Made by a program: the position numbers and the translations under genes. 64,000 nucleotides of DNA from Cetorhinus maximus. Taxonomy: Eukaryota. The notes under the pieces were generated by a model that searched no databases, was not told where the DNA came from, and worked only from the letters and a program-made list of their open reading frames with translations. Below, piece by piece: positions 12,975-23,831 of this stretch (its first letter is position 1; each line of letters opens with the position of its first letter). Location of the stretch: assembly GCF_964194155.1 (NCBI RefSeq), contig NC_135902.1, positions 51,956,001-52,020,000 of the forward strand, in the 5' to 3' direction.

Positions 12975-14158
12975 ACTAAGAAACACTAATCTATACTGAC
13001 CATAATCCGCTGGTGTTTATCGAAAAACTAAAACTTGAAATGCGAAACTGTTTAGATAGAGTTTATTGTTTCAAACATTCAACGTGAAGATTGTTCACAT
13101 TGCCGGGAAAGATAATGTAATTGCGGATGCATTGTCCCGGGTATAAATTACTGAAGTCAATTAATACTTAAGATTGCATAAGGGGAAAGGATAAATGAAT
13201 GCATGCAACTCTTGTGTTTGTTGTCCATATGTCACATACCTTGTGATGAAACACTCTTTTTTAAATGGCGTTTCATCATTTTAAGGATGGAGGCATGTAA
13301 AGAAGTTTTTTTTTATTTTAAATTTTTCTTGGACTGTGACTTTAAGGTTGGACTGTGGCTTTAAATTTTTTTTAAAAGTTCCCTGAAGCAGGAAGTGAAA
13401 ATCTACATGTTGCTACTTCTTTGAACAGCATGTGCCAGGTTGGACAATGGTGCCAGAAAGGACATGGTTTAAGAGGGAACTGCCTAGCAATGGCGTTTGA
13501 TTGGCTGCTGACTAGGTGACCAGGGTTTTGTGATAGCAATAGCCAGCAGAAGGATCCCAACCTGACCTAAAAACTTCTAAAATTCTGCCATAGTAATTAG
13601 CTGGCTATTCCTCACATCTTCATATCCTGTTTTTTGAGAAACTCCTGTCAAGAGAAAAGGGGAGAAATCACTAGTAGAGACATTAAAAGCAGGTTTCAAC
13701 TAGTAAACTACAGACTGGATGTGCTGAAAGATCACCTCACGTCAGCAGTACAAGTCTGCAAGGAACTTGGAAGACTTCATCTAACCCTGTACTCCGGATT
13801 GGTGCTGTCGAACTGTTTTTACCTCACCCTTAAAATCCTTGTTCTGTGTGTCTTATGTGTGTGTGTGTTTGTGAATAGGGGTTATAAAGGGGTAGAGTAA
13901 GTTATAGAGTTAAGAGTTAGCAGTTCATATTTCTTTCTTTTGTCATTGGTTGAAAACAATTTGTTCAATAAACAGTTATTTACTTGTTAAGTTTACAAAC
14001 CTGGTACTTGTACTCTGTTAATTTAAATTAAATTAAATTACACAGTTAGGTAAAATTGGGGCAATTTGGTGGTCTGATTAAACTTTCTCACATTTGTCAT
14101 GGCTCGGGGAGCAGTGGGGCTTGACATTACAGTGCACCATCCCCAGTGAGTCGTGTCA
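12975..14158 (+). mobile_element. Gmr1-like Gypsy LTR retrotransposon 3' end: RNase H C-terminus, PPT, 3' LTR (13296-14158)
   Basis: YTDHNPLVFI...KIVHIAGKDNVIADALSRV* with no downstream integrase; purine tract aaggatggagg; TG...CA LTR with AATAAA near 13967. Confidence 0.8.
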
Positions 14159-14284
14159 AGCCTCACTGAGACTAAATTTATGAGTAAGTCCATTAAAAGA
14201 TGTCAACTGTTAAGGTACAATTAATTTCACATGTATAAAGAACTCCACAGAAAATCTGCAATAGACATTTAGAAATTTGGACAC

Positions 14285-14925
14285 TTTTTAAAAAATTCAT
14301 TCATGGGATGTGGGCTTCACTGGCTGGCCCAGCATTTATTGCTCATCCCTAGTTGCCCTTGAGAAGGTGGTGGTGAGCTGCCTTCTTGAGCCGCTGCAGT
14401 CTATGTGGTGTAGGTACACCCACAGTGCTGTTAGGAAGGGAGTTCCAGGATTTTGACCCAATGACAGTGAAGGAACAGCGATATATTTCCAAGTCAGGAT
14501 GGTGAGTCACTTGGAAGGGAACTTCCAGGTGGTGGTGTTCCCATCTATCTGCTGCCCTTGCCCTTCTAGATGGTAGTGGTCATGGGTTTGGAAGGTGCTG
14601 TCTAAGGAGCCTTGGTGAATTCCTGCAGTGCAGTACAGAGTAATGGAGTGTCAGTGGTGGAGGGAGTGAATGTTTGTGGATGTGGTGCCTGGATGGTGTC
14701 AAGCTTCTTGAGTGTTGTGGGAACTACACTCATCCAGGCAAGTGGGGAGTATTCCATCACACTCCTGATTTGTGCCTTGTAGATGGTGGACAGACTTTGG
14801 GGAGTTGGAAGGTGAGTTACTCGTTGCATGATTCCTAGCCTCTGACCTGCTCTTGTAGCCATAGTATTTATATGGCTTGTTAATGGTAAGCGCCAGGATG
14901 TTGATAGTGGGGGATTCAGTGATTA
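14285..14925 (-). mobile_element. CR1/L2-group LINE 3' end (shares its tail with the DeuSINE)
   Basis: AGQRLGIMQRVTHL...IYKAQIRSVMEYSPLAW; 3' tail agggcaactagggatgagcaataaatgctg...cccatgaatgaa is shared with the SINEs. Confidence 0.8.
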
Positions 14926-15055
14926 TTGAATTCATATTTCACCATCTGCCATGGAGGGATTTGAACCACAGTCCCCAGAGCATTACGCTCGGTCTCTGGA
15001 TTACTAGTCAATAGTAATAGTTACTAGACAATACCACTACGCCATTGCTTCCCCA
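14925..15055 (-). mobile_element. tRNA-derived SINE head (SacSINE1/DeuSINE-like)
   Basis: tggcgtagtgg A-box and ggttcaaatccc B-box on the minus strand; matches the heads of 35996-36372 and 56872-57239. Confidence 0.75.
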
Positions 15056-15107
15056 CACATTCTTAACTAAGAACTAAAACTTGGATTTTAATTACATGAT
15101 AGCTTAC

Positions 15108-15248
15108 TTTTTTGCTTCATTTTCACTCTTACAGGCCAGGTATCTTTGTACCTGTGCTTGATTACAACTATATATTGTTGTCCATCCAAATGTGCCTCCT
15201 ACTAATATGGTCCAAAATGTGTATCTTCGCCTTGGATCTGGATCAAAA
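15108..15248 (-). CDS. SLC5A8-like exon ([46 protein letters not shown])
   Basis: NQAQVQRY motif of the NIS/SMCT/SMVT group; acceptor ttattccAG, donor GTAAGC, 141 bp. Confidence 0.96.
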
Positions 15249-15679
15249 CTGGAATAAAAATGTTCTCTAATTACTTGACCAATTACAACTCCTCTTATGG
15301 TGTTGAATTTTACCCTATCCAACTGTCAAAATCAATTGGTGCACAGTTAAAGATGAGCAGTGTACTTGCTCAGATTCCAATCATTCTGATTTTACCTGCA
15401 GGGTTCTAGGTGGATGAGGCTCCTGCCCAAAGTAGGCAGGTGTCTCATATAATTATGCAAATTGGAGTCCTATTACATCAATAGGACCATGATATTGAAC
15501 AAAATCAGCACTCCACTCTAGTTGCATTAATACCAGATTATTGATTAAATTTATGAGCTTTTAAGTGGTCAATTTAGATGTAAGAAAGGCCAAATCCTCA
15601 TGCATTGATATGACTGAGTAGCACAACTCTCCATCGTAAGCATTCCTTTCACCAATAACACACAAGTCAAAATACTCAC

Positions 15680-15834
15680 TCTAAAAAATTAATCCGGCCA
15701 CCATTCTCACCAATGTTCCACATCTTGCCAAGCCCGCCAACATGAATTGATCCCTGAATCAGCACAGTCAGAAGGCTAATCAACATTATACTGAGCTGGA
15801 ATACATCTGTCCAGACAACAGCTTTGATACCACC
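15680..15834 (-). CDS. SLC5A8-like exon (GGIKAVVWTDVFQ...GGRINFL)
   Basis: SSF signature GGxKAVxWTDxxQ; acceptor ttctcAG, donor GTGAGT, 155 bp. Confidence 0.96.
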
Positions 15835-16454
15835 CTGAGAAGAAATGACAAATAACAATAGATTTAAATCAATGGTCAAATAAGAGGTGGTAGTTCTAAA
15901 TTACCATACAGTAGCTCTTGATAAAAGAAATCAATTCAATCATATCTTGTCCTATGTGTCTCCTGTATGATTGAAGTATATTTATTATTTGAACCATTTA
16001 AATTATGAGGCTGTGCAATATACGACCAGGGTTGATGACTGAAGCAGAGGCTATAGCCCAGAATCCCTTCAGAACTGATCACAGGGTTTCCACCCCAATT
16101 CCAGAAAAGTTAGGTGAAGGAACAAACTCGCTGAGTCGAACAGCCTAGTCCCATGTCGCAATTTCTATGCAAGTTATACACTCTTTAAGTTAGTATGCCA
16201 TTTACATACATTTCCATCTACCTGTACTATTCCCAATCCCATTTGCTCCTTCTGTCATTCCTGTTTTAAACCAGAGCAGCGGCTTTCAACATCACAGCTA
16301 CTGAATTGGAACAGTCAGCTGTAATATTCCATTGGCACACAATGGCTGGTTGAATGTTCTCTGACAGAAGTTTTATGATTTGAAAACATGGATCTCTTGC
16401 CAGGAAAAGGAGAGTGGCCTGTTAAATTTGAACAGAGCTTTAAATCCTACATTC

Positions 16455-16790
16455 TAGCCTCCACTAAAACTGCCTATTTTCATTTCTGAAACCTTGCCTG
16501 CCTCCACACCTTACCTCATTCATGCCCTCAACATCTTCAGGCTCAATTATTACAATGTACATTACATAAATTACAGCACCCTCTCCAGACATACTCCTCC
16601 TCTAGTCAGAACAGTTCTCTTCTGACCCTGGGATACTTTTAAGCTTTGTATTTTGTTAACACTATTCTCTCCTGCAAATGGCTATCCTTATGATCTTGCC
16701 TTCAGCCAACTTCCTTTGCTCTTCTCTCATTGGTGCTACTTCTGTGAGGTATGTTATTTTAAAATACTATATAGATGCAAATAGTGTTAA
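16455..16790 (+). mobile_element. Degenerate L2-like LINE 3' fragment
   Basis: TKTAYFH...LIHA...RLNYYN remnant and a tatatagatgcaa tail. Confidence 0.45.
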
Positions 16791-16807
16791 ACAGTTGTTT
16801 GGTAGTC

Positions 16808-17015
16808 AGAACTTGAGTATTGCTGAAAAAAAAGATTTGCTATTGAAGGTTTTCGTCTTGCAGTCATCAGGACAGCTCACAAGATAAACCAATAGTAAAG
16901 GAAACAACAATTTATACTGCATGAGAAGAGAGTGCTGATTGGTTGGAAAGTGAGCTATGATTGGTAGAGGCTTTGCCCTGGAGAATGCAACACAGAACAG
17001 TTAATTCCCAGGCTT
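16808..17015 (-). repeat. Penelope terminal repeat, family B, with hammerhead-like core
   Basis: Minus strand tgtc-CTGATGA-ctgcaagac-GAAA-accttc; homologous to both ends of 24238-25324. Confidence 0.7.
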
Positions 17016-17019
17016 TTAC

Positions 17020-18855
17020 ATAAAAACATAGAAAATAGGAGCAGGAGTAGGTTATTTGGCCCCTTGCTCAGCCATTCAATATGATCGTGGCTGATCCTCT
17101 TATCTCAACACCGTTCTCCCTGCGCTCTCCCCGTACCCCTTGATGCCTTTAGAGTCCGGAAATCTATCTATTTCCTTCTTAAATATATTCAGTGACTTGG
17201 CCGCCACAGCCTTTTGTGGTAGAGAATTCCATAGGTTCACCACCCTCTGAATGAAGAAGTTTCTCCTCATCTCGGTCCTAAACAGTCTACCCTGCATCCT
17301 GAGACTGTGACCCCTTGTTCTAGACCTCCCCAGGCAGAGGAAATATCATCCCTGCATCCAGTCTGTCCATCCTTGTCAAAATTTTATATGTTTTAATGAG
17401 ATCTCCTCTCATTCTTCTAAACTCCAGTGAATATAGGCCTAGTTGGCCTAATACTCCTCATATGACAATCCTGCCATCTCAGGAATCAGTCTGGTGAACC
17501 TTCGCTGTACTCCATCTATGGCAAGTATATCCTTTATTAGGTAAGATCAAAACTGAACACAATACTCCAAGTGTGGTCTCACCAAGGTCCTGTACAGCTG
17601 CACTAAGAAATCCTTGCTCCTGTGCTTAAGCATTCTCGCAATGAAGGCCAATATACCATTTGCCTTCTTAACTGCTTGCTGCACCCGCATGCTTGCTTTC
17701 AGTGATTGGTGTACAAGGTCACCCAGGTCCCTTTGTACATTAACATTTCCCAATCTATCACCATTTAAATAATGCTCCACCATTCTGTTTTTCCTACCAA
17801 AGTGGATAACTTCACACTTATCTACGTTCTACTGCATCTGCCATGTATTTGCCCACTCACTCAAGCTGTCTAAATCACCTTGAAGCCTCTTAACACCCTC
17901 CTCATCGCTCACATTCCCACCATGTTTCATGTCGTCAGCAAACTTGGAAACATTACATTTGGTTCCCTTATCCAAATCATTGATATATTGTGAATAGCTG
18001 GAGCCCAAGCATTGATCCCTGCAGTACCCCAGTAATCACCGCCCGACACTCCGAAAAAGACCCATTTATTCCTACTCTCTGTTTCCTGTCTGCTAACCAA
18101 TATTACCCCCAATCCCATGTGCTTTAATTTTACACATTAACCTTTTATGAGGCACTTTATCAAAAGCTTTCTGAAAATCCAAATACACCACATCCACGGG
18201 TTCTCCCTTATCTATTCTTCAAGTTACGTTCTCAAAAAACTCCAGTGGGTTTGTGAAACATGATTTCCCGTTCATAAATCCATGTTGACTTTGTCTAATC
18301 CCGTTGGTATTTTCTAAGTATCCTGTTATCACATCCTTTATAATAGACTCCAGCATTTTCCCTACTACTGATGTTAAGCTAACCGGTCTGTAATTCGCTG
18401 TTTTCTCCCTCCCTCCTTTTTTAAATAGTGGGGTTACATTTGTCACCCTCCAATCTGCCGGGACTGCCCCAGAATCTACAGAATTTTGGAAGATGGCAAC
18501 CAGTGCATCCAATATTTCCATGGCCACCTCCTTTAGTACCCTAGGGTGCTGGGCCCTGGGGATTTATCAGCTTTCAGTCCCATTAATTTCTCCAGCACTA
18601 TTGTTTTAGTAATACTAATTTCCTTCAATTCCTCCTCCTAACTAGACCCGTGGTTCCCTAGTATTTCTGGGAAGTTATTTGTGCCTTCCTCCTTGAAGGC
18701 AGAACTAAAGTAGTTGTTTAATTGCTCTGCCAGTCCCTTATTCTCTATTATAAATTCTCCCATTTCGGACTATAAGGGACCTACATTTGTCTTCCCTAAT
18801 CTTTTTCTTTTTACATACTTGTAGAAGCTTTTACAGTCTGCTTTTATGTTCCTTT
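17020..18855 (-). mobile_element. CR1 LINE, 5'-truncated (RT to 3' end)
   Basis: DWRVTNVTPLFKKG...NYRPVSLTSVVGKMLE, QHGF, KFADD, LVRPHLEYCVQF. Confidence 0.93.
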
Positions 18856-18884
18856 ATTCCATTAGGCCAATTGCAGATGATATT

Positions 18885-19030
18885 TTTTTATTCATTCATG
18901 GGATGGGGCATCGCTAGCTAGGTCAGCATTTGTTGCCCATCCCTAATTGCCCTTGAGAACTGAATGGCTTGCTAGGCCATTTAAGAGTCAACCACACTGC
19001 TGGTGATGGCCATGAAAACATTGTAAATTG
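18885..19030 (-). mobile_element. DeuSINE 3' fragment
   Basis: Tail matches 57120-57239. Confidence 0.7.
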
Positions 19031-19049
19031 TCATAAAATTAATCCCCAG

Positions 19050-19190
19050 GGCTGAAGAAGAGTCATACCGACTCGAAACTTTAACTCTGTTTCTCTCTCC
19101 ACGGATGCTGCCAGACCTGCTGAGTTTTTCCAGCACTTTCTGTTTTCATTTCAGATTTCGAGTTTCCACAGCATTTTGCTTTTATTTTGA
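19050..19190 (+). repeat. Penelope-type repeat, family A, with hammerhead core
   Basis: CTGAAGA-a-gagtc-atacc-gactc-GAAA-ctttaact. Confidence 0.7.
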
Positions 19191-19273
19191 ACTTATAGCG
19201 ATGTAAGACTTGAAGCAAACAGTAAGTAAACTAATGTCAGTCTATATCAAGGAGATAAAGACTTGGGGGGAGA

Positions 19274-19548
19274 TGTCGGAGAAGGATCTGGTATTTAAAG
19301 GGTTAACTTGGGACTGAGTACAGTACTGCCTACACGGTGATGTAAGAAGGCACATGAGCTAGAGCTAAGGGCAGCCTAGAGATAGGCAGCAACCTGTAAG
19401 GACCTAATATGGGGTCTTCTCCATACCTTTACCTGCTACTGTAAATATGTACATAGTTAATACTGTTAATAAAGATTTCTTTGCAACTTCAACAAGACTG
19501 CTTCATAGTATCCAAGCAGTACACATCACAGACAGCAACAACATAACA
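19274..19548 (+). mobile_element. Short solo LTR
   Basis: TG...ACA termini, internal AATAAA, homology to 1452-1649; no clear TSD. Confidence 0.5.
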
Positions 19549-19899
19549 GATCAGTGAGCTGTGAAATTAGTGGAGTACCCAATTCAGTTCTCCAATCCTG
19601 AACAGAATTAGGTTTTGCTGGCTGTTGAAGGACAATGCTTGTTATATGCAAATTACCATTACTGCATAGTTGCGCTGCTAGTACATGCTGTAACCTTTCG
19701 ATGGCTGTTTCTACAATCCATCAGTTGGATAATTCTGTTTCAGGCGCCTTAATAAATTTTATTTCTAGGATGATGGTGGTGATGGATTATTTCCAAGCCC
19801 TTGCAAAGCATCTGGATTCACCTCCCGCACCTCGTCTTCAGTGGAATCTGAAGCTACATTTTTGGGTTTAGTGAGATTTGAAATTGGAACCTGACCCTG

Positions 19900-22800
19900 T
19901 GATCTCTGCACAAACTGAACTTGTATTTCCTTTGTGGATTTCGCAAGTGCTGCTTGTCTTAGGACATATCATCTTCCCTTCTCCATTTACCTTGGTAATG
20001 TGTTTTTTCCCAATCTGTCCCATGTCCTCTGGGACACTAATACCTCCAGGTGGCTATCCAGCCTCTGCTGCACTCCTCTGAGGCACTTCAATTGGGTGAG
20101 GCATCTCCAACGCTACTCTGCCTGTTTATTTGGGAACCTTCATGGTCCCTATTTAAATCTGGAAAGAAGATTCCTTCTAACCAAACCTAGCATGCATTTG
20201 GTTCTACCTCTGCTGCTTCTGTCCCAGCACTTTTTCTCTCCTCTGTCCTATTTTGGCCCTTTTAAATTCTGCAGGCCCTACACTGGCCTCTGTAAATTTG
20301 GCTGTTTTAGATTCTATGGGCTGTAACCTAGCCCCTGTGAATTCTGCTGGCTTTTCTTTAGCCTCTCTAGTCCTTACTAGTTCTATCGCTCCCACCTGCA
20401 AACCGCCCCCCAGAGTTTCCTCAGCTGTCTGCAGCTGATCAGCATTTTGCTTGTTCCCATTGTTTACCCCAGTCTCTGTGGACTGCTCGGAACCCTCTGA
20501 ACACAAGACTGCACCTCCAGTTAAGTCAATGCCTAGACATAGGTTCGCCTCTTGCATTGTTGAGCTTGGTATTACCCTGACCATCACTATTCCAGAGACC
20601 AATTTATTCTGCAGGTAAATTTTAATTAAGGGAACTTTCAAACATTTGCCAGTAAGCCCTTTTACCAACACTGTGGTATTTGTTCTGCTTTCAAGTGGCA
20701 TCTCTGCAACTTTTGCTAAAAGTCAAGTTTGAAGACAGCCAGTGTCCTTGAGGATAGCTAATTCTTTTCTCAAAGCTGGACGTACAAAAGTAGTCATTGT
20801 CCCTGTGTAAAATACTCTGGTAGGTATCCTGGTTCACCCTGGTTACAGTTGAGCTCAAGTTCACTACCCTCATGGCTACAGATACTGTCCTGACTGCAGT
20901 GCCCCCTATGCGAACAATATTCTTTAATATGCCCAAGTTTCCCACACTGAAAACACACAGAACAGCCTCCTGGTGACTTATCATCCAGGATCTTTCTTTT
21001 AAAAGTGGGAGACTTAATTGCTTTTCTTTCCCTGCTCTACTTTTCTCTGGGGTTTGTTTCTGTTTTGTCTATCTCCACTTTATCTCTCCCTAGCTTGTAG
21101 GAGTTACTAAACCCAGGTTTACCTGGAGTTAGAGGTTTGTGGGTCAATTCATAGTTTGCTGTGATAGCTGTGTCTCTGGCTCTTGAAACCCTTTGTTCCT
21201 TCACGTGAGTTTTAATGTTGTATGACAGACAGTTTTTGAACTCCTCTAACAGGATTATTTCCCTTAATCCTTCATACATGCAGTCAATTTTAAGTGCTAG
21301 CACCCACTGGTCAAATGTTAACTGTTCAATTCTCTCAAACTCGAGGAAAGGTTGAGTGGGCTTGTTACCAGTGCTCCGGGATTATTGGCAGTATGCCTGT
21401 GGTAAGTGTTCAAAGGCACTTAGAATAGCAGCCTTTGTCTGGTTGTAATTCTCAGAATTGTCTGCAGGCAGCATGGAATAAACTTCGCAGGCTTTCCCTA
21501 TCAGTTGACTTTACAGTCGGAGAGTTTAAATCTGTGCTAGCCAATTTAACTGATCTGCCAGCTTCTCGAAGGCTGTGAAGAAGGTTACCACATCCTCTTC
21601 TTCAAACTTGGGAAATAGTCAGGAATACTTTCAGAAATCAAAATTTATTTTTGACCTGGGAGGGGTAATTGAATTACCAGTGGCATATCCACTAGGTAAA
21701 GACAAGTTCCCACCAGCTGCTTCAATCTGCCTTAGTTCCCTATCCTTTGGTGCTGGTAATTCTTTCTCCAGCTGGAAGGTTCGCTCCCTCTCTCATTCCT
21801 GGAATTCTCTCTCCTTTTCCTTCTGGGATTCCCTTTCTCTCTCTTTCTCCCTTGCCTGAAACTCTAACTCTACCCTCAGCTCCTCTAGGTGAATTTTGGC
21901 TAAGGTAACTTGGTCTGTTTCAGGTTCTATATCTTCTGCCTGTTCCAAGTCTGGGGTGAGGCTAAGATGCTCAGCCAGCATCTTTAATATCATGGGTGTC
22001 CATGCTTTATGTTGTATATTAAGTTCTATCTGCTTAGCTATGGCTTTTAGCTGTTCTAAGGTTAGGGATGATAATTTAGCCTAAATTAAGTTCTCTTGTT
22101 GTTAGAATGCTTTTATGTTGAAGGCAGCCATTTGAATCTCTATTGTTAGTATTCACAAAGCTTACTGCTGTAAACCCTTTTTGTTTTTTGTTTCAACAAT
22201 ATTGGCTATGTCACTCTTTCCTTCGACTTCCAATTTTTGTTTAAAGTCAGATTTGGTTTGTTTGCTCCAATGGATTTTAATCCAGGACTAGCCCCAGTTC
22301 TGCCACAGACAAAATATGTGCTCTCTTAAAGCCCGTAATCAGTATGCTTTTTCTGGAAAGAGGTGGATCTTTTCTTAAATAATTCAGCAGCAAACTAGTG
22401 AAGGCTTAAAATAAAGATTATTTATTCTCACACATTTACCCCAAATTAATATGACATCATACACTCAGTCTCATGCTCACACATACACACCAATGTTTGT
22501 ATATGGATAAAGATAGTGCACGTTCACAAATTATAGTTAATTCGGTCTCTGATTTATGATTTCTTGTCCTCCACGGTTGCAGGCCGGTGGTTTCTTGAAT
22601 TGATTTGTTGATTTAAAGTTGAAGTGAGGATCTTGTAAAGCGAAGGGTCCACAGCAGCTTGTGAGGTTTATTGTAGTCGAATATCCAAGGGAATTGGTTC
22701 TCAAGAAAACTTTGAAACTGGAATAGTTTAAATACTTTTGCTGCTTTAATGTCTTGCAGCTAGTTTCAGAGTCTGGTTCTCAGACTGGCTAATGGTTCCT

Positions 22801-23361
22801 GAAAGGCAAAATGGCACAGCCTTTCTATTCAGCTCTTGTCTTGTTGGTGTTCTGCAGCCTGCCCACATCTTTTCTGGATCTTGGGATAATAAAGGATCTC
22901 AGTATCAGAAGACAGTTTTGGTCACATGGTCAACAGCCACTGTGCACCCAGAATGGCCTAAAGCTAAAAGGCCATTCATATACAATAGGAGATAGAAGGT
23001 GGTCTTTCACATTTAACTGGTGGATAATTGGCCTCATCGTATCTCCTTTGTTGAACAGAAAACCTGGAAACATAGAGTCAAGGAGTCCATAGTTTCGAGT
23101 AAGCTTCAAAAAATAGCAGGTGTGATTCCACAAGCAACATTTGTCTTGGTATGCCCATTCCAGGGAGAGGCCCTCACCCATGGTTATGCAATTCAGAACT
23201 TTCCAGAGGTTTGATAGTCTGTGTCATCTGACCCCTTGGCAGCCATCCTGACAATTCATGAGCATCCATTTTAAACAAATAAAAGGCAGTTCCAGAAGTT
23301 TTTATCTGAGCTCAGTCCATGTGTAAAGTTATAAAAATGACATGCCTTTACTGGCATGACA
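19900..23361 (-). mobile_element. Gmr1-like Gypsy element 5' part: LTR (22301-23361), tRNA-Pro-type PBS (22280-22296), Gag with SCAN-like capsid and CCHC knuckle, protease
   Basis: PBS tggggctagtcctggat resembles TGGGGGCTCGTCCGGGAT; PKFEEEDVVTFFTAFEKLA, LREIILLEEFKNCL, CFQCGKLGHIKEYC, ILKDTGC protease site, LCLGIDLTGG; disrupted. Confidence 0.85.
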
Positions 23362-23831
23362 TAATTTTCAAAATGGCATGCTGAGCAAATCATATACTCA
23401 TCTACCTTAGAAAATAACTCTAATTTTGTGTACCAGCAAGAATTTCCAGGCTGTACAGATGAGAATTGGAAAATGGATGTAAGAGACATAGAAAGAGGTG
23501 TGAAATAAGAAATAAGAGGTGTGAAAGAGGTAAAGAAAAGACAGAAAAAATTACAGAGCAACATATAAAATATTTCTGTAATATTTTTGACTGTTAGTAA
23601 CACCATGGGAGATTAAAGACATTAAATAAGCTATGGTAAAACAAAGATTTGCTAATTGGCAGTTTTTACCCCAGTTTGTGAACTTCTATTCTTCATGGCA
23701 AACTTATTCTCTATTTATTTGATTCAAGTGTATAACAATGCATAGAGCAGAAACTATACCAAAACTTTCAATTATAATTTGCATGTTCTTATAGGTGAAA
23801 AGGAAGTTCACTGTCAGTATGTAAAACCAGT

